A DNA stretch of 47,204 nucleotides from an uncultured Bacilli bacterium (GCA_947627895.1 CANQXV010000002.1:1-47204); one strand, 5' to 3'. Shown: positions 34,345 through 45,800, counted from the first letter of the stretch. The notes: a model not told the origin generated them from the sequence alone. Numbers and translations are program-made.

Positions 34345-36537
34345 ATGCAAAAAGTTATTTTAAAAGTTGAAGGGATGAGTTGTTCTGCTTGTTCTAATCA
34401 TGTGGAAAAATACTTAAATAAACAAAAAGGCGTTATTGATGCCGCCGTAAATTTAGTTATGGGCCAGGCTTTAATTCATTATGAAGATGATTTAACCATT
34501 GATGACTTAGGTCGTTTTATTGAAGAATCAGGTTACAAATATGGGGGCATTTATGATGAGACTTTAGAAAATAAAAAAGATTATACCAAAAGTTATTTGA
34601 TTATTCTAGGTTTATTAATGGTACTTATAATGTATATTTCGATGGGGCATATGCTGCATTTACCAAGTATTCCCTTTTTAGATATGATGATGCATCCTGT
34701 TAATTATGCTATTACTTTAGGCCTACTTACCATTCCTTATTTAATATTTGGTTTTGATATTATTATTAAGGGAATTAAAAATTTAATTCATAAAGCACCC
34801 AATATGGATACATTAGTTACCTTAGGTGTTTTAGTAAGTTTTATCTACAGTTTTACTAATTTGATTTTAATAATTTTAGGGCACACTAATTTAGTAGAAA
34901 ACTTATATTTTGAATCGGTTTGTATGATTATTTTATTTATTAAATTAGGTCGCTTTATTGATAAAAATAGTCGTGAAAAAACAAAAGAAGCAGTTCAAGA
35001 ATTAGTTAAAGTTACACCGGAGTCCGCTTTAATAAAAACTAAAAATGGCCCTAAGGAAGTAACGATTGATGAAGTAAAAGTTCGTGATATCTTAATTGTT
35101 AAACCGGGTATGAAAGTGGCGGTTGATGGCACTATTATTAAAGGTGAAGCCCATTTTGATGAATCTTTTATAACCGGGGAATCTTTACCTAGTAAAAAGA
35201 GCAAGGGTGAAAAGATAGTTGCTGGCTCTATTAATTACGATGGCATTGTTGAATACCAAGCCGAAAAAATTGGACCGCATTCCACAATATCGGAAATGGT
35301 GCATTTAGTTTTAGAGGCTGCCAACTCCAAAATGCCAATTTCCCGGGTCGCCGACAAAGTAAGTTCTTACTTTGTTCCGATTATTATTTTAATTGCCCTT
35401 GTTAGTTTTATTATTTATTTAATTTTAGGTTTTCCATTTAATACGGCTTTAATTCATTTAGTAACTATATTAGTTGTTGCTTGTCCTTGTGCTTTGGGCC
35501 TTGCTACTCCTCTTGCTATAGTTATTGCGATTGGTGAAGAAGCAAAGAGAGGCATTTTAATTAAAACAAGCGAAACTTTAGAAATTGCATCCCACATCGA
35601 TACTATTATATTTGATAAAACAGGAACTCTAACTTATGGCACATTAGAGTTAAGCGAAGTATTTAACCATTCAGCTTATACCAAAGCCGAGCTTTTAAAT
35701 ATTGTTGCCAATATTGAAGAGGCTTCTTCGCACCCAATAGCCAGAGCCTTTGAAAAATATAAAACTAGTGATCTAAAAATTACCAATTATGAAGAAATGC
35801 CAGGGATAGGAATTAAAGCAAGCATAAATAAGAGAAATTATTTATTAGGCAATCGGAAAATTATTCCTGGTGCTAATGATTTTGAAAACGAAGAAAAAAG
35901 TCTAACTGAAAAAGGAAATAGTATCATCTATGTTTTGGAAAATAACAAAATAATTTCTCTTATGGGAGTTAAAGATATTTTGAAAAAAGATGCCATTAAA
36001 ACAATTAAAAAATTAAAAGAAATGGGATTAAAAACAATAATGCTAACGGGGGATAATAAGAATACTGCTCATAATGTCGGTAAAGAATTAGATATTGATG
36101 AAATTATTGCTGAAGCCATTCCAAAAGATAAAACTAAATATATTAAAGATTTAAAAGAAACTGATCATAAAGTAATCATGGTGGGTGATGGTATTAATGA
36201 TGCTCCATCTCTTACATCCGCGGATATTGGAATTAGTTTTAGTAATAGTACTAATATTGCAACAAATTCTGCAAGTGTTATAATTACTAATGAAAGACTT
36301 GAAAGCATTGTATCTTTTCTCGATATGGGAAAAAGAACTATTCGAAATATTAAACAAAATTTATTTTGGGCCTTCTTCTATAATACTTTAATGATTCCTA
36401 TTGCCATTGGTATTTTTGAAAAATGGGGTCTTAAAACAAATCCTATGTTTGCCAGTGGAGCTATGATGTTATCAAGTTTATGCGTTGTATTTAATGCTTT
36501 AAGATTAAAGAAAGGGAATGATGATAAAAATGTTTAA
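34345..36537 (+). CDS. copA: Copper-translocating P1B-type ATPase
   Basis: HMA domain GMSCSACSNHVEK, TGES, CPC, DKTGTLT and GDGINDAP. Confidence 0.95.
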   Translation: MQKVILKVEGMSCSACSNHVEKYLNKQKGVIDAAVNLVMGQALIHYEDDLTIDDLGRFIEESGYKYGGIYDETLENKKDYTKSYLIILGLLMVLIMYISMGHMLHLPSIPFLDMMMHPVNYAITLGLLTIPYLIFGFDIIIKGIKNLIHKAPNMDTLVTLGVLVSFIYSFTNLILIILGHTNLVENLYFESVCMIILFIKLGRFIDKNSREKTKEAVQELVKVTPESALIKTKNGPKEVTIDEVKVRDILIVKPGMKVAVDGTIIKGEAHFDESFITGESLPSKKSKGEKIVAGSINYDGIVEYQAEKIGPHSTISEMVHLVLEAANSKMPISRVADKVSSYFVPIIILIALVSFIIYLILGFPFNTALIHLVTILVVACPCALGLATPLAIVIAIGEEAKRGILIKTSETLEIASHIDTIIFDKTGTLTYGTLELSEVFNHSAYTKAELLNIVANIEEASSHPIARAFEKYKTSDLKITNYEEMPGIGIKASINKRNYLLGNRKIIPGANDFENEEKSLTEKGNSIIYVLENNKIISLMGVKDILKKDAIKTIKKLKEMGLKTIMLTGDNKNTAHNVGKELDIDEIIAEAIPKDKTKYIKDLKETDHKVIMVGDGINDAPSLTSADIGISFSNSTNIATNSASVIITNERLESIVSFLDMGKRTIRNIKQNLFWAFFYNTLMIPIAIGIFEKWGLKTNPMFASGAMMLSSLCVVFNALRLKKGNDDKNV

Positions 36538-36745
36538 AAAGAAAATAAATACTATATTAACTGTTGAGGGAATGCACTGTAATAACTGTGCTAACAAAAT
36601 AAAGAACACTCTTCTTGCTATAGAAGGAGTTAAAAATGTTAAGGTTAATTTAGAAAAAAGAGAAGTTGAAATTACTTCAACCGAAGAAATTAATCAAACT
36701 TTAGTAAAAGAAAAAATAGAATCTTTAGGCTATGAAGTATTATAA
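36530..36745 (+). CDS. copZ: Copper chaperone (HMA domain)
   Basis: GMHCNNCANKIKN. The ATG at 36530 overlaps the copA stop (ATGTTTAA). Confidence 0.85.
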   Translation: MFKKKINTILTVEGMHCNNCANKIKNTLLAIEGVKNVKVNLEKREVEITSTEEINQTLVKEKIESLGYEVL

Positions 36746-36757
36746 AAGGAGAAATAT

Positions 36758-37357
36758 ATGAAAAAGATTATTTTATTATTAACAATGCTCGTATTTTTAA
36801 CGGGATGTGGCAACCAAAACCCAATTGTAACTATGGATATTGAAAACTATGGAACCATTGAGTTAGAGTTATATCCTAATATAGCTCCAAATACGGTTGC
36901 CAATTTCGTTAATTTAATTGAAGAAGGGTTTTATGAAAATACCACTTTCCATCGTTTAGTACCAAGTTTTGTTCTTCAAGGTGGTGACCCCAATGGAGAT
37001 GGAACTGGAGGGCCAGGTTATACCATTAAAGGCGAATTTGCCCAAAATAATTTTATTAATAATTTATCCCACACTGAAGGAATAATTTCCATGGCCCGCA
37101 ATCCTTATTCTTATGATTCCGCGGGTAGCCAATTTTTTATTGTTTTAAATAGCAATGCAAGCACTTCCCTTGATGGTATGTATGCCGCCTTTGGTAAAGT
37201 AAAAAAAGGAATGGATGTTCTAAAGAAAATTGAAAGTACCGCCGAAGTTGCAAATGAAGAAACAGGCAAACTAAAAGAAAATATATTAATTAAAAACATA
37301 ACTGTTGATACTTTTGGTAAAACTTATAAAGTAGAAAAAATTACTCAAGCCAAGTAA
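36758..37357 (+). CDS. Cyclophilin-type peptidyl-prolyl isomerase lipoprotein
   Basis: Lipobox FLTGC. Cyclophilin motifs FHRLVPSFVLQGGDP, GGPGYTI and SQFFIV. Confidence 0.9.
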   Translation: MKKIILLLTMLVFLTGCGNQNPIVTMDIENYGTIELELYPNIAPNTVANFVNLIEEGFYENTTFHRLVPSFVLQGGDPNGDGTGGPGYTIKGEFAQNNFINNLSHTEGIISMARNPYSYDSAGSQFFIVLNSNASTSLDGMYAAFGKVKKGMDVLKKIESTAEVANEETGKLKENILIKNITVDTFGKTYKVEKITQAK

Positions 37358-38123
37358 TTTTTTTATTTATCTCATATATTCTTCTTGATACATCAGTAAC
37401 TATACTAAATTTATTTTTTGCTTCCTTAGTTAAAACTACAACTATATAAGGATGATTAGCAAAAACTATTCCAACATCATGAAAAAATTTATCATAATAA
37501 CCGTATTTATGCATAATAATAGGACTATTATTAAATTTTAAATAGTTATAATAATTGTTAATAAAATAATTTTTTAATTCTTCCCTTTTTGTATTATCAA
37601 TATTTATATCATTAATATAATAATATAATTTCCTCCACATTATTAATTGATCTAAAATATTAGTATAACCATATAATTCATTACCATTTGTTAATACTTT
37701 ATTCATACCTAAAGATAAACCATAATTTTTTAAATTATTAAAACCAATTGTTTTAACTAATAATTGATGAGCTTTATTATCGCTTTTTTCAATAGCTAGT
37801 TTAACATTATTTTTTAAATCGTCAGTTATATCCATTTTTTCATAAACATATAAAGCATCTAAAGTTTTTATTAAACTAGCTCCATAATATAATTTATCAG
37901 CATTATAGGTATAAGTATAATTATCCTTAATATCATAATAACCAATACTTAAATTATAATTATTTTCTTTTAAATACTTTTCTAATTCATAAAATAAAAT
38001 ATCTTTTTCTATATTACTTGTTTTTAAAATATTTATAACTGGTACTTTAATATTGTTAAAATCAGAACAACTTGCTAATAAAAAAATACAAGTTAGAAAA
38101 ATAATTAGTTTTAAAAACTTCAT
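37341..38123 (-). CDS. Class A beta-lactamase-fold serine hydrolase-like lipoprotein
   Basis: Lipobox LLASCS. SxxK (ASLIKT), SDN (EKSDNKA) and a degenerate KTG position (HKYG). Confidence 0.5.
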   Translation of the reverse strand: MKFLKLIIFLTCIFLLASCSDFNNIKVPVINILKTSNIEKDILFYELEKYLKENNYNLSIGYYDIKDNYTYTYNADKLYYGASLIKTLDALYVYEKMDITDDLKNNVKLAIEKSDNKAHQLLVKTIGFNNLKNYGLSLGMNKVLTNGNELYGYTNILDQLIMWRKLYYYINDINIDNTKREELKNYFINNYYNYLKFNNSPIIMHKYGYYDKFFHDVGIVFANHPYIVVVLTKEAKNKFSIVTDVSRRIYEINKKITWLE

Positions 38124-38158
38124 TTTTCATCACATTGTATTTTATTAATTATTTATTT

Positions 38159-38875
38159 TTATTTTCCTTTTTTATCTAAAATTCTAAGAAAAGTTTCGGC
38201 TTGATATAAAGCTTCATTATATAATTTAATAAATTCATCCATTTCCACATCTAATTCTTTACTATTGTAATTAAATGATAAGAATCTAAGTTTCTTTTTA
38301 CTTATTAAGGAATACATTATTTTTTTTATACCTAATTTATCAAATCGATAAAGTCTTAAAAAAGGGTAAACATTATTAATTGATCTTGTTATTCTTTTAC
38401 CATATTTATCACTTTTAAAATAGGTTTTAAAAATACTAATTATTTTTCTTTTAAATTGTTTAGTTATTTTTAAATGCTTAGGTATCTTTTTCTTAATCGT
38501 ATTCATATCATTTAATTTAACATCAATAATACTTTCTAATAAAGCATGTTTATCATGATTATCATTAGATTTGTAATTTATATAAGGATGAACTTTTCTA
38601 TCTAATATTTCATGAGCTAAATAACCATATAAAAAACTTCTAGTCTCATTACTTGTACCTTTAACTAAATTTTTAAATTTATTAATATCTACTTGTTGTA
38701 AATCTTTAGTAAGTTTAAATATTTTCTTCTTTAAGGGATATTCCCAAAGATGAATGAAGAAATTTAAATCATGTCCTTGATTACCAATGACAAAAAAGTC
38801 TTTATCAATATTTTTTAAATTAAGACGATTATATAAATCATGACCAAATTTAATATGTGTTAATGTTCCTGCCAT
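38159..38875 (-). CDS. Hypothetical protein, possibly of the zinc-dependent phospholipase C-like family
   Basis: N-terminus AGTLTHIKFGHDL and later His-rich positions (GHDLNF, LAHEILDRKVHP). Weak by-eye resemblance only. Confidence 0.35.
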   Translation of the reverse strand: MAGTLTHIKFGHDLYNRLNLKNIDKDFFVIGNQGHDLNFFIHLWEYPLKKKIFKLTKDLQQVDINKFKNLVKGTSNETRSFLYGYLAHEILDRKVHPYINYKSNDNHDKHALLESIIDVKLNDMNTIKKKIPKHLKITKQFKRKIISIFKTYFKSDKYGKRITRSINNVYPFLRLYRFDKLGIKKIMYSLISKKKLRFLSFNYNSKELDVEMDEFIKLYNEALYQAETFLRILDKKGK

Positions 38876-38978
38876 AATTACCTCAAGAAATATTTTACCA
38901 TTAATTTTTTTCTTGTCAAATTAGAAAAATTAGTGAAAAATATATTAAAGTAATATATAATTATAATGGTGATGCTAA

Positions 38979-39788
38979 ATGCAAATATTAAAATATATTT
39001 TATTAGGAATTATTCAAGGTATAACTGAACCCTTACCCATTTCTAGTAGTGGGCATATATTTCTTTTTAAAACAATTTTTAATACTAACTTATTTAATTC
39101 CCTAAATTTTGAAATTATTGCTAACTTTGGTTCTTTTATTGCAATCTTAATTATTTTTTGGAAAGATATAGTTGAATTAATAAAATCTTTCTTTACTTAT
39201 ATCTTTAATAAAGAAAAAAGAAAAAAGAATTTAGTTAATTTTAAATATTGTTGGTATATTGTAATAAGTACAATTCCGGTAGGAATTACCGGTATCATTT
39301 TTAAAGAAAAGTTAGAAAATTTATATTCGGTTAAAGGACTTGCTTTTGCTTTTCTAATAACGGCTTTAATGCTTTTCTTAGTTCGAAATTTAAAAGGAGA
39401 AAAAGAAGATAAAGATTTAACAATTAAAGATGCTTTAATTATTGGTTTATTTCAAGCAGTAACTATTATTCCGGGCATATCTCGAAGTGGTACCGTTTTA
39501 GTTGCTTGCCTATTATGTAAATTAAAAAGAGAAACGGCTTTAAAATATACTTTTATCTTATATTTTCCTGTTAGTATAGCAACAATGCTTCTAGGAGTAT
39601 CAGACCTACTGGCAACCCCCGATTTAACAAGTATGCTTCTTCCTTATGCCGCAGGGTTAATTGCCTCAGGCATTGTAACTTATTTTTCATATAAGTGGTT
39701 AAGTAATTTAGTTAAAAAAGGTTCCCTTTGGAAATTTTCAATCTATTGTCTATTGTTAGCTATATTCATTTTTATATATTTTAGATAA
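38979..39788 (+). CDS. uppP: Undecaprenyl-diphosphate phosphatase
   Basis: BacA motifs GIIQGITEPLPISSSGH and PGISRSG. Confidence 0.92.
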   Translation: MQILKYILLGIIQGITEPLPISSSGHIFLFKTIFNTNLFNSLNFEIIANFGSFIAILIIFWKDIVELIKSFFTYIFNKEKRKKNLVNFKYCWYIVISTIPVGITGIIFKEKLENLYSVKGLAFAFLITALMLFLVRNLKGEKEDKDLTIKDALIIGLFQAVTIIPGISRSGTVLVACLLCKLKRETALKYTFILYFPVSIATMLLGVSDLLATPDLTSMLLPYAAGLIASGIVTYFSYKWLSNLVKKGSLWKFSIYCLLLAIFIFIYFR

Positions 39789-39790
39789 GA

Positions 39791-39826
39791 AAAAATGGGA
39801 TATTATAAATCGTCCCATTTTTTTAT
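39791..39826 (+). terminator. Bidirectional rho-independent terminator after uppP
   Basis: AAATGGGA-12 nt loop-TCCCATTT, flanked by an A-run upstream and a T-run downstream. Confidence 0.75.
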
Positions 39827-39944
39827 GTTGTGAGTTTCGAGTAAATATTTTTTTAATAGTTAGTCTTTAAATGTTACTTTATCACCTTCTTTCATTGTTA
39901 TCATATCTAAGATATGTGAAAAATAGGTGGATTTTTGATGAAAT

Positions 39945-41342
39945 CTATTTGCCCTTGACAATAAAGTAAAAAGTTGTACCTTTATTTAACACACTATTAA
40001 CGCCATAATTAAATTCATGTTGTTCTAATATTTGTTTGACAATAGCAAGACCTAGGCCGGTCGATACTACATTTCGTTGATGCTTTTTAGAGTTTTTATA
40101 ATACTTATCCCATATATGGGGTAATTCACTTTTTTTAATTCCCTTGCCCGTATCAATAATTTCTACTTTATAATTCTTCTTTTCTTTTACGACTTTAATA
40201 GTTACTTTTTTATCTTCACCGGTATAATTAATGGCGTTATTAATTAAATTATAAATAACTTGATTAAGTTTATTTCGATCGGCTTTAACAATGGCTGCTT
40301 CAGGCATTTCAACCTCAAAATTATATTGTTCGGTTTCTTTAATAATTTCATATTTTTTCAAAATACTATTAATTTCTTTAACTAAATCAAATTCTTCAAT
40401 TTTTAAATTTTGATTTTCTCCTGATTGGAGTTTAGATAAATCTAAAATATCATTTACCAGTAAAGTTAAACGATCTGTTTCATCAATAATAATATCTAAG
40501 TGTTCATTCATTTTGGCTTTATCTTTATAAGAAATATCTTTAATCATTTCCGCATAGGCTTTAATCATAGTTAAAGGTGTCTTTAAATCATGGGAAACAT
40601 TGGCCATTAAATCGCGTCTTAATTCATCAGTTTTACCTAACTCTTCTTTAGCTTGCGTTAAAGTAGTGGCTAAATCATCAATCTCTTTAATATCACTTTC
40701 ATCAAAAGTAACATCATAGTTACCTTTACCAAGTAACTTAGCTTTTTTAGTTATCTTGGTAATTGGATCTGTTATTTTATTAGCTAAATAAACCGAAATA
40801 ATAATAGCAATAATTAAAGCAACAATAGATAAATATAATAGTTGTCTTTTAACAACAGTCGTTACCATCGATATATCTTCTAAGTTAGAATACATAAATA
40901 TGTAATTATTATTGTATTTTAAACCATACATCATCGCGGCAATATGGCGGTCTTCATTAATAAATTTAAAAGTCTTTTTATTATCACCCGAAGAAATAAA
41001 TGATTGCATCATTTCTTGAACTTTAAGATTATTATTTTTAAATACACAGCCATCCATATTAGCATTAATAGTGGTAACATAGCTATTATCACTGGTTATA
41101 GCAATACAAACACCATTATAATAAGCCGCTTCTTCTAGCTTTGTATATATGGCATCGGATGAGGTATTATTTATATCATCAACCATGGTATTTAAAATCT
41201 TTATTTGGTATTTTTCATAGTATCTATCAAAAATTGTAATTTGAAAGAACCATAAAAGAATAACTATTATAGCATTAAAAGTAATTAAATAGAAAAGGGT
41301 TTTACTTTGGATACTCCGTTTATTTTTCTTCTTTGGCAACAA
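39945..41342 (-). CDS. Sensor histidine kinase (two TM, extracytoplasmic loop, HAMP, HisKA, HATPase)
   Basis: H-box SHDLKTPL, N box NLINNAINYT and G boxes DTGKGI and GLGLAI. Confidence 0.9.
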   Translation of the reverse strand: MLPKKKNKRSIQSKTLFYLITFNAIIVILLWFFQITIFDRYYEKYQIKILNTMVDDINNTSSDAIYTKLEEAAYYNGVCIAITSDNSYVTTINANMDGCVFKNNNLKVQEMMQSFISSGDNKKTFKFINEDRHIAAMMYGLKYNNNYIFMYSNLEDISMVTTVVKRQLLYLSIVALIIAIIISVYLANKITDPITKITKKAKLLGKGNYDVTFDESDIKEIDDLATTLTQAKEELGKTDELRRDLMANVSHDLKTPLTMIKAYAEMIKDISYKDKAKMNEHLDIIIDETDRLTLLVNDILDLSKLQSGENQNLKIEEFDLVKEINSILKKYEIIKETEQYNFEVEMPEAAIVKADRNKLNQVIYNLINNAINYTGEDKKVTIKVVKEKKNYKVEIIDTGKGIKKSELPHIWDKYYKNSKKHQRNVVSTGLGLAIVKQILEQHEFNYGVNSVLNKGTTFYFIVKGK

Positions 41343-41985
41343 ACTTATACCCCCTTCCCCGAACTGTTATAAGCAAATTTTTATATTTTCCTAAATGCTT
41401 TCTTAAAGTTTTAATATGCGTATCAATAGTTCTATCATCCCCATAAAAATCATAACCCCAAATGTTGTTTAGAATATTTTCCCGAGATAAAGCAATATTT
41501 TTATTTTCCATGAAATACTTTAACAGTTCATATTCTTTAGGAGTTAAATAAATAGGCTTTTCATCAATGTAAACTTCATGAGCCGCATCATCTATTTTGA
41601 TTCCAGCAACGACATATGTCGGATTAGATTTGCCTCTTTTGGTAATAGCTTTAAGACGGGCCACTAATTCTTTAGGGCTAAAGGGTTTGGTAACATAGTC
41701 ATCAATACCTAAATCAAAACCTAATAATTTATCATATTCTTCGCCTCTGGCCGATAACATTAAAAAAGGAATATCTTTTATTTTTTTAATTTCCCGGCAA
41801 GCTGTAAACCCGTCCATTTTTGGCATCATGATATCCATAATGATAATATCAAAATCTTCTCTTTTTACCTCTTCAACTGCTTTTTCACCATTGGAGGCTT
41901 CTTTTACCTCATATTTTTCTTGAACTAAATATTCTTTAATGACATTTCTAATTAACTCTTCATCATCAACAATCAAAACCCGCAT
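41320..41985 (-). CDS. OmpR-family response regulator
   Basis: Receiver residues DD..., DIIIMDIMMP and K (TKP). Winged-helix C-terminus (TIDTHIKTLRKHL...TVRGRGYKF). Confidence 0.92.
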   Translation of the reverse strand: MRVLIVDDEELIRNVIKEYLVQEKYEVKEASNGEKAVEEVKREDFDIIIMDIMMPKMDGFTACREIKKIKDIPFLMLSARGEEYDKLLGFDLGIDDYVTKPFSPKELVARLKAITKRGKSNPTYVVAGIKIDDAAHEVYIDEKPIYLTPKEYELLKYFMENKNIALSRENILNNIWGYDFYGDDRTIDTHIKTLRKHLGKYKNLLITVRGRGYKFVAKEEK

Positions 41986-42037
41986 TTAACATCACCTAAA
42001 TTCATTTTACTATATAAATGTGAAAAAAAGATGATAT

Positions 42038-42463
42038 TCACATCTTTCTTTCACTATCAAAAGGAGCAATATATCTTGTTTGATATTCTTTAAAACTAGG
42101 ATTGGCACACACTACCCGTATTTCATCTGGTTCAAAATAAAAAGTATCAATTGATTGCCAATTTTCTCCGTGTCCATCTTTTAGATCATCCAATGTTTCA
42201 CCGGCATACATTTTAGATAAAAATTGCACTACATTATCTTCATGGGTAACCCTACTACTAAAAGCAATAAAACCTCGGTCTTTGGCTACTCCATGAATAT
42301 TTAAATTACCATTACTATTATTTAAAATTATTTCTTTAATTTCACTATCCACTAAACTATAACAATTTTGGGTTAAATAAATTAAGCCCTCCGCTTCTTC
42401 AGAAGTTAAACCTATATAATTTACTTTGGGAGTAGATACTGTTTGATGAACTGTTGTATTCAT
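42038..42463 (-). CDS. Hypothetical protein (141 aa)
   Basis: ORF divergent from an XRE regulator. No motif recognised. Confidence 0.5.
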   Translation of the reverse strand: MNTTVHQTVSTPKVNYIGLTSEEAEGLIYLTQNCYSLVDSEIKEIILNNSNGNLNIHGVAKDRGFIAFSSRVTHEDNVVQFLSKMYAGETLDDLKDGHGENWQSIDTFYFEPDEIRVVCANPSFKEYQTRYIAPFDSERKM

Positions 42464-42521
42464 TAATTATCACCTAATATAATTATAAATCTAGGTTTAA
42501 AGTTTATGCAAGTCATAATTA

Positions 42522-42541
42522 ATACACCGTATAGGGTGTAT
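42522..42541 (+). promoter_or_regulatory. Hairpin or inverted repeat upstream of the XRE gene
   Basis: ATACACC-gtatag-GGTGTAT followed by TTTTT, located in the divergent promoter region. Confidence 0.4.
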
Positions 42542-42592
42542 TTTTGGCAAATTTTACCAATTTTATATGAAAATAAAACTAGGTGATGATTT

Positions 42593-42850
42593 TTGAGCAT
42601 TGGCAGATTAAAAGAAGTACGAATGGATAGAGGAATATCCCAAAAAGAAATAGCAAAATTACTCCATACCACGCAACAACAATATTCCAAATATGAAATA
42701 GGAATTCAAATGTTACCAGTGGAAAAATTAGTAATTTTGGCCGACTTTTATAATACATCTATTGATTATTTATTAGGTCGAACTGATGAGAGAGCCCCTT
42801 ATCCTAAATCCATTTTAATTGAAAATAGCAAAATCTTAATTCAACAATAA
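42593..42850 (+). CDS. XRE-family HTH regulator with C-terminal TDERxPYPKS tail (paralog of 33730-33987)
   Basis: TTG start with SD AGGTGA. HTH RLKEVRMDRGISQKEIAKLLHTTQQQYSKYEIG. The tail ADFYNTSIDYLLGRTDERAPYPKS aligns with the other copy. Confidence 0.8.
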   Translation: MSIGRLKEVRMDRGISQKEIAKLLHTTQQQYSKYEIGIQMLPVEKLVILADFYNTSIDYLLGRTDERAPYPKSILIENSKILIQQ

Positions 42851-42884
42851 AGGAAAAGGACTAAAAAGTTCTTTTTTTAATCCC

Positions 42885-45800
42885 TTATTTTAAATTTTGA
42901 TAATATTTATATCTAGCTATTGCCGCTTCTTTTTGACTAGCTAAGATTTTTTCCGCTTCTTTGGGATTTTTAATCTTTAAAGCATTAAATCTTACTTCGT
43001 TATTTAAGAAATTTTCATATAAATCAAAGTTTGGTTCTTTGCTATCGATATTTAAGTTAGTTCCATCATAACGCATTAATATTTGATAACCACAATCAAC
43101 GGCTAGTTTTTGTTCAGCCATACTGCAATTCATGCCGGTCTTTATTCCGTGTTCGACACAAGTCGCATAAGCAATAATTATAGCCGGTCCGCCATGTTTA
43201 TCTGCTTCTTCCATCGCTTTTATTGTTTGCATCATATTAGAGCCTAAAGAGACACTGGCCACATAACAATTAGGAATGGCAGTTGCTATTCTAAACAAAT
43301 CTTTTTTATTAGTTTTCTTACCAAAGTTGGCAAATTCAGCGACCGCACCTAATTTAGTTGCTTTACTAGCTTGACCACCTGTATTCGAATAAACCTCCGT
43401 ATCTAAAACTAAAACTTTAATGTTTTCATTTGTATGTAACACATGATCTAGACCACCAAAGCCTATATCATAAGCCCAGCCATCGCCACCGATAGCCCAA
43501 ACTGTTCTGGCTGAAATGTACTCTAATAAATCTTTTAATTCTTGAGGTATAGTTTTATCTTTTAATTCTTTTTGAACTTTAGTAGTAATTGTAACATCTT
43601 CCCTATTTTCTAGCCATTCGGTAAATAACTTTTTAACTGGTTCATCAACAGCATCCATAGCGTGTTCCATAATTTTAGCAATTCGTTCCCGTTTTTGTTT
43701 ATAAGATAAGTGAATTCCTAAAGCAAATTCGGCATTATCTTCAAATAAAGAGTTAGCCCAAGGAATACTATAAGGAGTTGATGGGGTACTACCACCATAT
43801 ATACTTGAACAACCTGTGGCATTGGCAATAACTAATTTTTCGCCAAATAATTGGGTTAATAATTTAATATACGGTGTTTCCCCACAACCCGCACAAGCTC
43901 CACTAAATTCAAATAAAGGCTTTTCCAATTGACTACCTTTAATCGTAAATTTATTTAAAGGATTATCAAGATGGGGCATACTTGCAAAATCAACATCGGC
44001 TTTTTCTTTCTTTTCAATCATCTCTAAGGCTTTGTTACCTGCTTTACCTGGACAAATATTAGCACAAACACCACAACCGGTACAATCTTTTTCACTAACT
44101 ACGATTTCGTATTTTAAAGTATCATTGCCCACAAGTGGTAAACCATCTTTTTCATTTAACCCCGGTCTTATAACCGCATGAGGACAAGCTAAAGAACACA
44201 TGCCGCATTGAATACAATTTTCTTTAATCCACTTAGGAATTACATTTGAAATATTTCTTTTTTCAAACCGGGATAATGCATTAGGAAAAGCCCCAAAAGA
44301 TAAAGGTAATAATTTACTAACCGGAATATTATTTCCTTCTCTAGCATTAATCATATCAATTACACTTTTTTCTTTTTCTTCATATTCATCAAAAGTAGTG
44401 GTAACTTCTAATTCTTGTAGATTATCTAAAGCATCTTCGACCGCTTTAATATTACTATTTATTACATCTTCTCCTTTAGTTACAAATTCTTTAGCAATCC
44501 AACTTTTAACTAAATCTAAAGCCTTATCAACTCCTAAAAGTGAAAGAATAATTGTTTCCATTATTTTATTAATTTTGCCTCTTATTCCCGCTTTTAAAGC
44601 AATATTTTCAGCATCAATATATAATACTTTAATATTTCTTTCCTTGATTATTTTCTTTACTTTATTAGGTAATAAATCATTTAATTCTTTATCATTTTTA
44701 ATAGTTGATATTAAAACGGTACCATTTTCTTTAATATTACTTAGCATATCAAAGTTTTTAAAATAAACATCTTTAGTTACAACTACTAATTCGGGATTAG
44801 TTACATAAAAAGGCATATTTATTTTTTCATCACTGATTCTTAAATTAGATGCCGTAACCCCACCACTTTTCTTAGAATCATATTCAAAATATCCTTGAAC
44901 ATATTTTTGTAAATTTTCATGAACAATTTTTAATATTTCTTTACTAGCACTAACCATCCCATCAGAACCAAAACCATAAATTTTAATTTCTTGGTGATTA
45001 TGTTCTACTAAAAATTCTTCCTTGGGTAAGCTTAAATTAGTTACATCATCAGTAATACCAATGGTAAAGTTATTTTTAAGTTCGCCGTCTAACATTTTAT
45101 AAACGCTATAGATATCAGCAGGAGTCGTATTTTTACTAGATAAGCCGAAACGACCCCCAACAATGTTAATATTTTTATTTTGTAAGGCGGCACAGACATC
45201 TAAGTATAATGGTTCACCCATACTTCCAGCTTCTTTAGTTCGATCAAGAACCGCGATATTTTGTACACTTTTAGGTAAAACATCTAATAAATATTTCGAA
45301 CTAAATGGGCGATATAAATGGACTTCAATTAATCCCACATTTTTTAGTTTTTGAACAACTAATTTAATCGTATCTGTTACACTTCCCATGGCAACAATTA
45401 CATTTTTAGCATTAGCATCACCATAATAATTAAACGGTTTGTAATCTCTACCTGTTAATGTATTTATTTCTTGCATATATTCATTAACAATATCACTCAT
45501 CTTATTATAAGCATTATTTCTAGCTTCCATTGTGGCAAAATAAATATCCTCATTTTGGGCCATACCATATTGAACTCCACAGCCAACATTTAAACATCTA
45601 TTTTTAAAACTAGCTAGGGCCTCCTTATCAACAAGTTTTAAAAGGTCCGTATCTTTTAACTCATCAACAGTATTTAACTCATGACTAGTTCTAAAGCCAT
45701 CAAAAAAATGCAAGAAAGGTAGGCTCCCTTTTATCGCTGAAAGGTGAGCAACAGCGGCTAGATTTTGAGCATCTTCCACCGAAGAAGATGCCAACATACA

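Noticed and set aside
39858-39902. Tiny minus-strand ORF MITMKEGDKVTFKD downstream of the histidine kinase gene
   Set aside because: At 14 codons with no SD and no conservation evidence, it is most likely chance.
42463-42690. 75 aa minus-strand ORF spanning the divergent promoter region and the start of the XRE gene
   Set aside because: It overlaps the well-supported HTH gene and the intergenic hairpin. It has no SD, and its Cys/Trp-rich composition is typical of an out-of-frame artefact.
1345-45354. The remaining short track ORFs: 1345-1602, 6408-6680, 10609-10815, 12218-12448, 23186-23437, 23530-23715, 25321-25512, 27382-27630, 29179-29445, 30130-30357, 33137-33334, 34995-35204, 36151-36357, 37111-37299, 44398-44766 and 45163-45354
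   Set aside because: Each lies antisense to, or out of frame within, a long and well-supported CDS. 6408-6680 also runs across the T-box leader. All have low-complexity, Leu/Phe/Ile/Ser-rich translations typical of AT-rich antisense frames.
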